Below are positions 40,667 to 50,002 of a stretch of 64,000 nt of DNA, piece after piece (positions within the stretch are counted from its first letter, which is position 1; every line of letters begins with the position of its first letter). Source of the stretch: Candidatus Poribacteria bacterium (GTDB lineage: Bacteria; Poribacteria; WGA-4E; PCPOR2b). A model generated the notes under the pieces. The model saw only the letters and a program-made list of their open reading frames with translations. It did no database searches and was not told the origin of the DNA. The position numbers and the translations under genes are program-made. The DNA is taken from assembly GCA_965208675.1 (NCBI GenBank), contig OZ242351.1, positions 1,056,001 to 1,120,000 on the forward strand, in the 5' to 3' direction.

Positions 40667-41503
40667 ATGTCTAAGAACATGTTGAAATGGCTGATCGGCG
40701 CACTGGTTTCGACGGGCTTGGTATTCGCCGGGCCGAGTGCTCATAGCATCGACGAGAACAACATCCTTGTTCACTGGTCATTTGATGAACTCGACAATGA
40801 GATGTTCAAGGATGAAACGGGTAACGGTTACGATGCAGAACTGGTTGCCCCGGGGGAACTTGTCGAAGGAAAGTTCAACCAAGCTGTCCATCTGCCCGGC
40901 GGCTTTGTGAAGCTAGCGCCGAGCGACGTTGTTCAGAGTGTCGGCGATACGGGCGAAATTACTATGGAAGCGTGGGTTTTCTTCAACGAACTCCCGCCGG
41001 CGCAGTGGGATGGAGTCATCTCGGATAGCACCGCCCAATTTCGGATGATGGTGCAAGCCCCGGACCACAATCCGTACTGGAATGTCGGAAATCGCGCAGA
41101 CAAAAGCGATAAGGCTTTCAAGTTCAAAAAGAACCGGTGGTATCACTATGTCGCGCTAGGAGATACCAAAAACAGTAAAGTTTACATTGACGGGGAGCTC
41201 GTGGCTGAAGCGGCCCAACCAGCGAACCTTGATAAGAATTTGCCCAAACCGCCGGACGTCGACAAACCCTTCCAAATGCCGAAGCTCAAACAGGTGTCAA
41301 TCTTCGTCGGTGCCGGCGAGGCTGAACATGTTTGGAGGATTGACGACGCAATTATTGATGAAGTCGCAATCTACAACAAAGCACTCACCGAAGAGGAGAT
41401 TAGCGATTTGACGGAACGAGGGCTTGGCGAAGTTCTCCGCTCGGTCAATCCGCAAGGGAAGTTAGCCTCCCGCTGGGGAGAAATCAAGATGAAACGCCAT
41501 TAG
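40667..41503 (+). CDS. Secreted LamG domain protein 2 (paralogue of 38391)
   Basis: SIDENNILVHWSFDELD, IDEVAIYNKALT; tail VNPQGKLASRWGEIK; AAGGAG RBS. Confidence 0.9.
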   Translation: MSKNMLKWLIGALVSTGLVFAGPSAHSIDENNILVHWSFDELDNEMFKDETGNGYDAELVAPGELVEGKFNQAVHLPGGFVKLAPSDVVQSVGDTGEITMEAWVFFNELPPAQWDGVISDSTAQFRMMVQAPDHNPYWNVGNRADKSDKAFKFKKNRWYHYVALGDTKNSKVYIDGELVAEAAQPANLDKNLPKPPDVDKPFQMPKLKQVSIFVGAGEAEHVWRIDDAIIDEVAIYNKALTEEEISDLTERGLGEVLRSVNPQGKLASRWGEIKMKRH

Positions 41504-41650
41504 GGCTTCACATCAAATAATATGTCCGTTCATGATGGTTAACAGTTTATTGATTGCAGGGGCGATGACATTTCGCCCCTGCAAAGAGTTTACCAACGGA
41601 TTTTAACGTCGTAGATGCCCAAAATTCACACCAGGCCGCACTAGGGAGTT

Positions 41651-42448
41651 ATGAATACTTATGACTGCGAACCCGCACTGACCGACACGCAGGTACTAGA
41701 GTTCTGTAAACAAGGCTTCTTGATGTTGGAGGGCGTCGTCCCGGATGAAATCAACCGCAAGGCGTTTGAATATCTTGCGGAGCACACCGAGCACGGGTGT
41801 TCTGTCGGCAGTATAGACGGGGTTATTGACAACGTGCTGCTAAACCCGCAAGCCACAGGCGCGATACGATCTCTCCTAGGTAAGAACTTTACCTATCCTG
41901 CAGACCTGTACGGTCCAGGAAATCAAATAAAGTGTCCAAAGCCGGCAGGGCCGTGGCACATAGATGGCGGCGCCGTGTTTGGTCCGCATCTCGACTGTCT
42001 GCAGGTTTTCTACATACCGCAAGATACGCCTCTAGAACTGGGACCGACTGAGGTGCTGCCGGGCTCCCATTTCCTCATCGCCGACGGCATTCCTTCTATG
42101 GCGCACTACGGCAGTATCCGGGGCGCGGTTGCGACAGCGGGACCGGCAGGTTCTATTTTCCTCACTGCTTATCCCATTTGGCACCGCCGCGGGGCATCCA
42201 CGGCAAATGGTGTCCGCAACTTGCTGAAGTATTCCTATAAACGCACCGTGCCGCCGGAACGAGACTGGATTCGAGAACCGAACTTCACGCCCCGGCGTGC
42301 CAAGGATGCACCGCCGCGGCTCAAGTTCCATCGAGAACGCCAACGAGCCATCTATGATGCAGCCGAAATGTTCTACTGGCTGTGCGGTAAGCACAGCGAA
42401 TATCATTCCACGAGTCGGAACAATTTTCCAGTTCACGTTTCTAGCTAA
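41651..42448 (+). CDS. PhyH family dioxygenase (copy B, ~13 aa differences from copy A)
   Basis: Near-identical to 39364..40161. Confidence 0.9.
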   Translation: MNTYDCEPALTDTQVLEFCKQGFLMLEGVVPDEINRKAFEYLAEHTEHGCSVGSIDGVIDNVLLNPQATGAIRSLLGKNFTYPADLYGPGNQIKCPKPAGPWHIDGGAVFGPHLDCLQVFYIPQDTPLELGPTEVLPGSHFLIADGIPSMAHYGSIRGAVATAGPAGSIFLTAYPIWHRRGASTANGVRNLLKYSYKRTVPPERDWIREPNFTPRRAKDAPPRLKFHRERQRAIYDAAEMFYWLCGKHSEYHSTSRNNFPVHVSS

Positions 42449-42798
42449 GTCAATCTTTTCGTTTGCTAACATTGAACTTACGGAAAGGGCTAGGTCAAGC
42501 GGTCGTCAGTTTAGTTTGCATGGAGGCGTTGCCGCGCCGGCTTGAGTAGAACGCTTCCGTAAATGTCCTTACCTCTCAATTGTGACACTGATACTATGCA
42601 CAGTGAGTATCAACGAACCTACCATTCGGCGTAATTTGAACGCGACAATTTTAAGCCTTCGCGGTCAACTATTGGCGCCGTTGCAGGCAGAAATTCGCAC
42701 AGGCATGAAGATGGAACTTGTGTGAGATTTATCCAACCAACGCAATCTTAACGATATTATGTCCCACTAAGTCAACCCTACATTGGGAGGCAAAAAAG

Positions 42799-43584
42799 AT
42801 GAGAGTCCCAGTCTCAATATTAATCGCAGCGGTAGTTGCTTTCATGTTCTTGGGATTTATTGCCGCAGGACAAAGCCGCGCCGAATTAGATATCAATTCC
42901 GTTAAAGGAGGGTGGCTACTTGATGAGGGCGTGGGGGAGGAGGCCACGGATGCTTCCCGCCATCGGAACGTTGGGTCACTCAAGAACCGTCCAGAATGGG
43001 TGGAGGGTAAGTTCGGCAAGGCTTTGATGTTTGATGGAGACGGCGCCCATGTTGAAATTCCCCATGAGAAGAGTTTGGATGTAAAAGATGAATTTTCAAT
43101 TGTATTCTGGATGACAGCAAATCTAATTCCACCCGGTGGAACGACCAGAACCCTAGTCACTAAAAATAAATGGGAAGTGACCATTGACAATGGGACGATA
43201 CGGTTTTTCCTCAATCCAAAAAATGAGGTTTGTTGTGAAAGACTGTGGGGAATCACGGCGCTAAATGTAGACACGTGGTATCATGTGGCATGCACTTATA
43301 ACAATAAACACATGATAATGTATATTGACGGCGTTTTTGACGGTTCTCGTGAAGCATCAGGAGATATAAGCGGCACGCAGGACATGCATATCGGCCACGA
43401 CGTTGACCTGCATGGAGCTGGCGGATTTTTCGATGTCATCTTAGATGAAGTTATCCTCTTTGATGTTGCGATTACCGAAGATGATGTAAACAGCCTCATG
43501 AATGACAGCGCCGCGCTGCTACTCCCAGTTTCGCCCTCCGGCAAACTCGCGACCGCATGGGGACGAATAAAGAAACAAGATTAA
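42799..43584 (+). CDS. Secreted LamG domain protein 3
   Basis: WLLDEG, GKFGKALMFDG, WYHVACTY, LDEV; tail VSPSGKLATAWGRIK. Confidence 0.9.
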   Translation: MRVPVSILIAAVVAFMFLGFIAAGQSRAELDINSVKGGWLLDEGVGEEATDASRHRNVGSLKNRPEWVEGKFGKALMFDGDGAHVEIPHEKSLDVKDEFSIVFWMTANLIPPGGTTRTLVTKNKWEVTIDNGTIRFFLNPKNEVCCERLWGITALNVDTWYHVACTYNNKHMIMYIDGVFDGSREASGDISGTQDMHIGHDVDLHGAGGFFDVILDEVILFDVAITEDDVNSLMNDSAALLLPVSPSGKLATAWGRIKKQD

Positions 43585-43676
43585 TTCCGCCTGCCCGGCG
43601 ACTTCGTCAAACTGCCTCCAAGCGACGTGTTATGCTGCGTGCAAAAAGGGCAGGTATAAATTGAGGGATACACAGA

Positions 43677-45131
43677 ATGAAGCCCGGCAAACAAAAGGTT
43701 GAACGGTGGATTTTGAATCGCCGCATGGTTCAGATTGCCCTGCTGACCATCATATTCCTCATTGACATCTTTCCTTTGCATGCTCAACAAAACCGCGGCC
43801 GCGACACTAATCCTCCACCTGTTCAAGGCGGAGGTGAATCGCGACAATCAACAGCCGCATTGCAGAAACACCTCGATGCGGCTAATCTGTATGCGAAACA
43901 AAACGATTTCTCAAAAGCCATTGAACAGCTCCACAAAATGGTGGAGATAGACCCGCAATGCGTTGAGGCGCACATTCAGCTTGGAATTCTCCACTCCAAA
44001 ATAGGAAATCTCGACGACGCGCTTCAATCATATACACAGGTGGTGAAACTCAGGCCGGATTCTTACTCTGCCCACTACAATTTGGGAGTTATTCTCGCAC
44101 GGAGAGGGTTGTTTGAAAAAGCCGAGACAGAATACCGCCGCGCCATACAACTAGACGCAAATCAGCCCCTGCCGCACTATCAACTCGGTCTTGTGCTTGC
44201 CCAACGGGGCAAATATGAGGAAGCCCTCCCAAAATTCAAGAAAGCAGTTGCACTTGCTCCGAATGCGAGCGCCCACTATCAACTCGCCAATACATACTTT
44301 CGATTAGGTAACCGCGATGAAGGTGAGCGGCAATTAAAAAAATATAGGGGCATTCAGGCAAAACAATATTTCGACAAAGCAGAACAATCTTTCAAAAGCG
44401 GAAATGTGCAGGAAGCCATTAAATCATACCAGAGGGCGCTTGACACGGATGTTGAATTTGCCCTGGCATTTGCGAGACTCGGCGCAATCGCGCTTCAACA
44501 GAATGATTTGGAGGACGCGATTCGACATTACCGCGCATACCTAAAGTTAAAACCGGAATCCGTGCAAGCCCGGCAGACGTTGGCTTCCGCGGCTCTGAAA
44601 ATAAAGGACTTTGTAACGGCGGCAGAGGAATTTGAACAGGTCATTGCCAGAAATCCTACAGAGGCTTATCCGTTTTATGGTCTCGGCGCCGCCTATTTGG
44701 GAAGTTCTCAATTGGAAAATGCGGAAAAACACTTGCAAAAAGCGCTAGAAATAGAACCGGATTTTGCTGAGGCTTATTACCAACTCGGCTGGGTTTATCG
44801 GGAACGCGGCCAAATCGAAAATGCGATTGAATCCTTTAAGCGTTCAATTGCGATTCGACCGAATTTGGCGCCGGCATGCAATACGCTCGCATGGTATTAT
44901 GTCGAACAAGAGCAGCATTTAGATGATGCTGTGACACTTGCAAAAAGAGCGGTTGAATCTAATCCGATTGCGCCTTATTGGGATACACTCGCGCTTGCGC
45001 TGTATAAAAATCGAAGATACAAGGAAGCGTCTGAGGCAATTGGCAAAGCGCTCGCGCTGCAACCCGCCCATCCGGAATATGCGGCACACCAGAAATTAAT
45101 TAGGAATGGTATTATCGAGCAGAACAGATGA
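43677..45131 (+). CDS. Tetratricopeptide repeat protein with N-terminal signal/TM
   Basis: Repeated AHxxLG...A...Y..A...P TPR units; YWDTLA. Confidence 0.92.
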   Translation: MKPGKQKVERWILNRRMVQIALLTIIFLIDIFPLHAQQNRGRDTNPPPVQGGGESRQSTAALQKHLDAANLYAKQNDFSKAIEQLHKMVEIDPQCVEAHIQLGILHSKIGNLDDALQSYTQVVKLRPDSYSAHYNLGVILARRGLFEKAETEYRRAIQLDANQPLPHYQLGLVLAQRGKYEEALPKFKKAVALAPNASAHYQLANTYFRLGNRDEGERQLKKYRGIQAKQYFDKAEQSFKSGNVQEAIKSYQRALDTDVEFALAFARLGAIALQQNDLEDAIRHYRAYLKLKPESVQARQTLASAALKIKDFVTAAEEFEQVIARNPTEAYPFYGLGAAYLGSSQLENAEKHLQKALEIEPDFAEAYYQLGWVYRERGQIENAIESFKRSIAIRPNLAPACNTLAWYYVEQEQHLDDAVTLAKRAVESNPIAPYWDTLALALYKNRRYKEASEAIGKALALQPAHPEYAAHQKLIRNGIIEQNR

Positions 45132-46800
45132 AAATATCCCTCGGCAATCGGTGACGAAGAGCGTCCATTTTATAGTCCTCGCCATTTGGCTTTGCACGTG
45201 CCAAATCCTCAACGCACAGACACCAATATTCACAGATGTGACAAGGGAAGCCGGAATTGAATTCCAACATACGGACGGTCGAAGCGGACAGTATTATCTT
45301 CTCGAAGAGTTAGGTTCTGGTGCGGCATTTTTTGATTACGATAACGACGACGACTTAGATATCTATTTTGTGAACGGCACATATTTACCCGGCGCCCACG
45401 CCGAGAGGCAACCAACAAATGCCCTTTACCGCAACAACGGCGATGGTACGTTTACGGATGTAACGAGCCTTAGCGGCGTCGGCGACACCGGTTATGGGGT
45501 TGGCTGTTGCGTCGGAGATTTCGACAATGACGGCTATCTGGACATATATGTAACAAACTTTGGAAAAAACGTCCTCTACCGCAATAACGGAGACGGCACC
45601 TTTTCTGATGTAACGGACGCAGCGAATGTTGGGGACGGGCGTTGGGGGGCGAGTTGCGCCTTTGCCGATTATGACAATGACGGCGACTTAGATTTGTACG
45701 CGGCGAATTACGTCGAATTTAAGTTAGACGAAAACAAGGTTTGCCACCGCGGCGGGGTACGCACCTACTGTCCGCCGCAAGCCTTTGAAGGCGTAGCTGA
45801 CGTCCTTTACCGCAATAACGGGGACGGCAGCTTTTCCGAGGTTACCAAAGAAGCGGACGTTTCCAACCCGCGCGGCAGAGGGCTTGGGGTCGTGTGGGGA
45901 GATTACGACAACGACGGATATCTCGACCTTTATGTAGCAAACGATACGAATGAAAACTACCTATACCGCAATAACCGCGACGGCACCTTTACCGATGCAG
46001 CCTTTTTTGCTGGTTGCGCGTTGAGCGAACACGGCAAGATGGAGAGTGGTATGGGCGTGGACTTCGGGGATTACGATAACGACGGTTTTTTGGATATCGC
46101 CGTTACCAACTTTCAAAACGAAGTGGCTACGCTGTACCGAAACAACGGAAACGGATTTTTTACAGACGTTTCATACCCCTCCGGCACGGGAGAAAAGACC
46201 TTGCCGTCTTTAGGTTGGAGCGTGTGTTTTTTTGACTACGACAACGATACGGACAAGGACCTGTTTATCGCCAACGGACATGTCTACGACAATGTTAAAC
46301 TGTTTGACCCTTCGACAGCTTTCGCGCAAACCAATCACCTTTTTGAGAATTTGGGGAACGGGAGTTTTGAAGAAGTTACAGACCAAATCGGCACTGACTT
46401 TTCCCGCAAAACACCGAGCCGCGGTGCCGTTTTTGGGGACTACGATAACGACGGCGATATCGATATACTCGTCACAAACAGCAATTCAAAGCCGCAGCTC
46501 CTCAGAAATGACGGCGGCAATCGAAACAATTGGATAAAGGTGCGTGCCATCGGCACGGCGAGCAACCGCGCTGGAATTGGAACCCGAATCAAAGTTATGG
46601 CCGGCGGTCTGTCCCAGATGGCTGAGGTGAAAAGCGGTTCCGGCTACCTTGGGCAAAACGAAATCGCCCTGCATTTCGGGCTGGGGGAATACGACATAAT
46701 TGATAAAATCGTTGTCATCTTTACAAGTGGTAGAGTACGTGAGGTTGAGGCGGTTCCAGCCAATCAACTTATCCGGATTGAAGAGGCGTGGGAACGGTGA
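45106..46800 (+). CDS. CRTAC1 family protein (FG-GAP repeats + ASPIC/UnbV)
   Basis: Repeated DYDNDGxLD and LYRNNGDGTF; C-terminal GSGYLGQN...LHFGLG. Confidence 0.92.
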   Translation: MVLSSRTDENIPRQSVTKSVHFIVLAIWLCTCQILNAQTPIFTDVTREAGIEFQHTDGRSGQYYLLEELGSGAAFFDYDNDDDLDIYFVNGTYLPGAHAERQPTNALYRNNGDGTFTDVTSLSGVGDTGYGVGCCVGDFDNDGYLDIYVTNFGKNVLYRNNGDGTFSDVTDAANVGDGRWGASCAFADYDNDGDLDLYAANYVEFKLDENKVCHRGGVRTYCPPQAFEGVADVLYRNNGDGSFSEVTKEADVSNPRGRGLGVVWGDYDNDGYLDLYVANDTNENYLYRNNRDGTFTDAAFFAGCALSEHGKMESGMGVDFGDYDNDGFLDIAVTNFQNEVATLYRNNGNGFFTDVSYPSGTGEKTLPSLGWSVCFFDYDNDTDKDLFIANGHVYDNVKLFDPSTAFAQTNHLFENLGNGSFEEVTDQIGTDFSRKTPSRGAVFGDYDNDGDIDILVTNSNSKPQLLRNDGGNRNNWIKVRAIGTASNRAGIGTRIKVMAGGLSQMAEVKSGSGYLGQNEIALHFGLGEYDIIDKIVVIFTSGRVREVEAVPANQLIRIEEAWER

Positions 46801-46875
46801 TGTGCCGCCACCGTTAAGTCCCATTGGACGAAACTAAATGTAAGTAGAAAAAAACATCGTATTGTGTGATTTCTG

Positions 46876-46904
46876 TTGACGAGGGAGTGCAAACTGGGTA
46901 AAAT
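46876..46904 (+). promoter_or_regulatory. sigma70 promoter for PhyH-LamG-PhyH
   Basis: TTGACG-17bp-TAAAAT. Confidence 0.65.
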
Positions 46905-46918
46905 AGCCCGCAATAAAT

Positions 46919-47017
46919 TAGCAGGCATACGCCGTATGCCGCAGCACTCGTAACGAGGGTGCCATTTGGATTCAGAGCGCTGTGCGCATATCACGGCACA
47001 CGGAGTGTACCTACTAC
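46919..47017. repeat. Second REP family doublet (GGCACACTCCGTGTGCC type); half-copy also near 28620
   Basis: tagcaggcatacgccgtatgccg ... cggcacacggagtgtacctactac. Confidence 0.6.
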
Positions 47018-47069
47018 TATCGTGTCTTAAAATAGATATATCCAACAGACCGCAACAAGGAGTTGTGCC

Positions 47070-48035
47070 ATGAAATACGATAAAGAAAACAGGACGTTTG
47101 ACTGCGACCCGACCTTGACAGATTCACAGGTGCTTGAATTTTGCCGGAACGGATACCTGATTCTGGATGGCGTTGTCCCGGATGAAATCAATCAACTCTC
47201 CTGTGATTACTTGGATGGGAAACTACCCGCGAACCCAATCTACATTCCGGAAGGATTGACATCTGAGGACCTAGAGAGTTTTCGCACAACCGGCGAACCC
47301 TCCGGAATCATGCTTGAACAATGGTTTATTGAGCATGTTCTACTCAATCCACAACTCGCAGGCGCATTGCGCTCGCTGCTCGGCAAGAATGTCGGTCTGC
47401 CGGCGATTATTAGCCACCACCGGGCAGAATGCCCGGCGGGACCGCAGGGCTGGCATCACGATGCCGATTGCGTCTTTGGGCCCGAAGTCAACTTTGTCGA
47501 GGTTTTCTACTATCCTCAAGATACGCCTCGAGAACTCGGTCCTACTGAGGTGATACCCGGCTCCCACATCCGCCGTGTCCGGGTTGAACCCGGTAAAGAA
47601 GAATTTCGGGAGATTCCGCGGACGCCGCCGCACTTTGTCGTTTGGGAACCCACCAAGGTCGTAACCGCTGCACCTGCCGGGTCGATTATCATCCATCACC
47701 AAAGCGTCATGCACCGCAAAGGTCCGTCCACGGTGAAGGGGCTGCGCCGTATGCTTAAACACAACTACTGGCGCACCGTCCCGCCGCAAAGAGATTGGAT
47801 TATCGAGCCGGACTTTGACTTTCAAACAGCCGATTACTGGGGACACGGAATCGCCAAATATATTGCGCACATGTTCTATTGGCTGTGCGGAAAAGGGGAC
47901 GATTTCCGGATAATGGGCGGCCAAGCTTGGCCCTGGCACAACCGCAGCCAAATCGGTAAATCTTACGGATATGGGTTGACCGAAGGTTACCGCCCCAATT
48001 GGCGAAATAATAACGTTGATGATTACGCAGCTTAA
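47070..48035 (+). CDS. PhyH family dioxygenase
   Basis: DCDPTLTDSQVLEFC, WHHD, GPTEVIPGSH and VMHRK motifs. Confidence 0.9.
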   Translation: MKYDKENRTFDCDPTLTDSQVLEFCRNGYLILDGVVPDEINQLSCDYLDGKLPANPIYIPEGLTSEDLESFRTTGEPSGIMLEQWFIEHVLLNPQLAGALRSLLGKNVGLPAIISHHRAECPAGPQGWHHDADCVFGPEVNFVEVFYYPQDTPRELGPTEVIPGSHIRRVRVEPGKEEFREIPRTPPHFVVWEPTKVVTAAPAGSIIIHHQSVMHRKGPSTVKGLRRMLKHNYWRTVPPQRDWIIEPDFDFQTADYWGHGIAKYIAHMFYWLCGKGDDFRIMGGQAWPWHNRSQIGKSYGYGLTEGYRPNWRNNNVDDYAA

Positions 48036-48139
48036 TCGAGCTCACGGTAAATCAGATACTACACTGTCTAGAATGTCAGAAATTTCGCTTTTCATATCCA
48101 TCCTTAATCGTCTCCACAGAAGAAAGACGAGGTCTATAC

Positions 48140-48970
48140 ATGTCGAGGGTTTTGTTTTCAATGCTCGTCCTTGTCCTGATGTCGGGCTGGATATCGGGAA
48201 TAACACCGGTTTCCCAAGCCAAGGTGATAGGTGTTTGGCTCTTCAATGAAGGGAAAGGCAATGTTGCCAAGGATTCCTCCGGTAACGGGTTTGACCTGGA
48301 GGTCGTCAAAGGGAAGTGGCTTGAAGGTGGAGGTTCATTTGATGGCGCCTTGGGATTTAGTATGGCAACGTATGCTTCGATCGAGGTCAAAAAGAAAGAC
48401 GCAGAGTTTAACCTTGATAAAGGAGAATTCACGATTATAACGAGGGGATACCTAACAGGATTGAGCTCGTGTTGTGCAGGGATTCCCCGTTGGGAGGCAC
48501 TCAGCGGAGACTTTGACCGTGCAGGCTGGCTCATACATCCGGATACAGGAGCACCCGACTATGTGTTTAGTTGGTGGTATAATGATGGAGGCTGGACCAA
48601 AGCTGGAAGTTCAGGTGCACTAAGGTTTAAAGCGGAGTGGCATCAGTTTGCCGTGACTTTTGATACAAAGAGGATACTGATGTATCTTGACGGCGAAGAG
48701 ATAGCTGACTTCCCAGCGAACCGTGGGCCAACCCCCTTTGAAGACGGTGGAACACTCACTTACTCCCGCGACCGCTGTTGTGTCCCGCCCCGGATGTTCA
48801 CCGGCGCCATCGATGAAAGCCTTATAGCGGATGAAGCCTTCTCAGCAGCCGTAATAGCAGAATCAGCGAAGAAAGGACTTCAAAATACAGCCGCATTCAG
48901 ACAGGTGTTCGCCGTCGATGAGCGCGGTAAGTTAGCCACGACCTGGAGCCGATTGAAAACCCTATACTAA
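48140..48970 (+). CDS. Secreted LamG domain protein 4
   Basis: WLFNEGKG..AKDSSGNG, WHQFAVTFD, MYLDG, FTGAIDE; tail VDERGKLATTWSRLK. Confidence 0.88.
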   Translation: MSRVLFSMLVLVLMSGWISGITPVSQAKVIGVWLFNEGKGNVAKDSSGNGFDLEVVKGKWLEGGGSFDGALGFSMATYASIEVKKKDAEFNLDKGEFTIITRGYLTGLSSCCAGIPRWEALSGDFDRAGWLIHPDTGAPDYVFSWWYNDGGWTKAGSSGALRFKAEWHQFAVTFDTKRILMYLDGEEIADFPANRGPTPFEDGGTLTYSRDRCCVPPRMFTGAIDESLIADEAFSAAVIAESAKKGLQNTAAFRQVFAVDERGKLATTWSRLKTLY

Positions 48971-49116
48971 TCTGTGATACGAGGTTTAATTCTTGTTGCG
49001 ATGGATGTAGGAGTAAAACCCCTGACCCCGAATATCGTAGGACGACGTATTACGCATCACCGAACCGAATTTTCGAAGAACATAAACCATGTCTATAGAA
49101 AGGGAGAAAAATCGCG

Positions 49117-49977
49117 ATGACAGCTATGAAAACAGCCAATTGTGAACCCACGTTAAATGACCACGAAGTCTGGGCATTTTGCAAAAAGGGGTACCATGTG
49201 TTAGAGGGTGTTGTCAGTGACGAGATAAACGCGAAAGTGCTTGAATTCCTCGACGCCCACGAGGGGTTGGGCGGGCAGCTGAAAAATGAGGAGTGGTTTG
49301 TTGAAAACGTCTTTCTCAATCCTCAAGCCGCGGGCGCAGTGCGTTCATTGCTCGGCAAGGACTTCGGTCTGCCAGTCGGAATGGGCAATCATCGCGTCGT
49401 TTGCCCCAACCGAAGTCAGGGATGGCATCACGACGGGGCGGCACTGGTGGGTCCAGAGCTGAATCACCTGCAGGTGTTTTACTATCCGCAAGACTGCCCG
49501 GAGGAAATGGGACCGACCGGATTGGTGCCCGGCTCGCATTTTCTGCGCGCGCTTCAGAGCTGGATGAGCCACTACGGCGCCATTAGTAAAGAGGTCAAGA
49601 CATCAGCCCCCGCCGGTTCGATTTTCATAACCGCCTATCCGATATGGCATCGCCGCTCTAAATCGACTGCGAAAGGGATTCGCAATATGCTGAAATACTG
49701 CTATTGGCGGAGTACGCCCCCACAGCACGATTGGATAGCCGAGCCGAATTTCAACCCAATGACGGCAGACTTCCCCGACGCGACCGACTCACCGCGCCAA
49801 CAGTGCCAGTCTTGGTATGAAGTCGGCGAGATGTATTACTGGCTTCGCGGAGAACTGGACACATTTTACGGAATCATGGGCGGCGAAGGCTGGCCGCACG
49901 GCTATCCCGTAGCGTGGAAACCTGAAGGGTTCCGCCGTTTTTCAAAAGAGGCTGCAAACGCGCCCGCGCCACGGTGA
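49117..49977 (+). CDS. PhyH family dioxygenase
   Basis: NCEPTL, WHHDG, GPTGLVPGSH and IWHRR motifs. Confidence 0.9.
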   Translation: MTAMKTANCEPTLNDHEVWAFCKKGYHVLEGVVSDEINAKVLEFLDAHEGLGGQLKNEEWFVENVFLNPQAAGAVRSLLGKDFGLPVGMGNHRVVCPNRSQGWHHDGAALVGPELNHLQVFYYPQDCPEEMGPTGLVPGSHFLRALQSWMSHYGAISKEVKTSAPAGSIFITAYPIWHRRSKSTAKGIRNMLKYCYWRSTPPQHDWIAEPNFNPMTADFPDATDSPRQQCQSWYEVGEMYYWLRGELDTFYGIMGGEGWPHGYPVAWKPEGFRRFSKEAANAPAPR

Positions 49978-50002
49978 ACCGCGGCAAACGGCTTATACTG
50001 TG

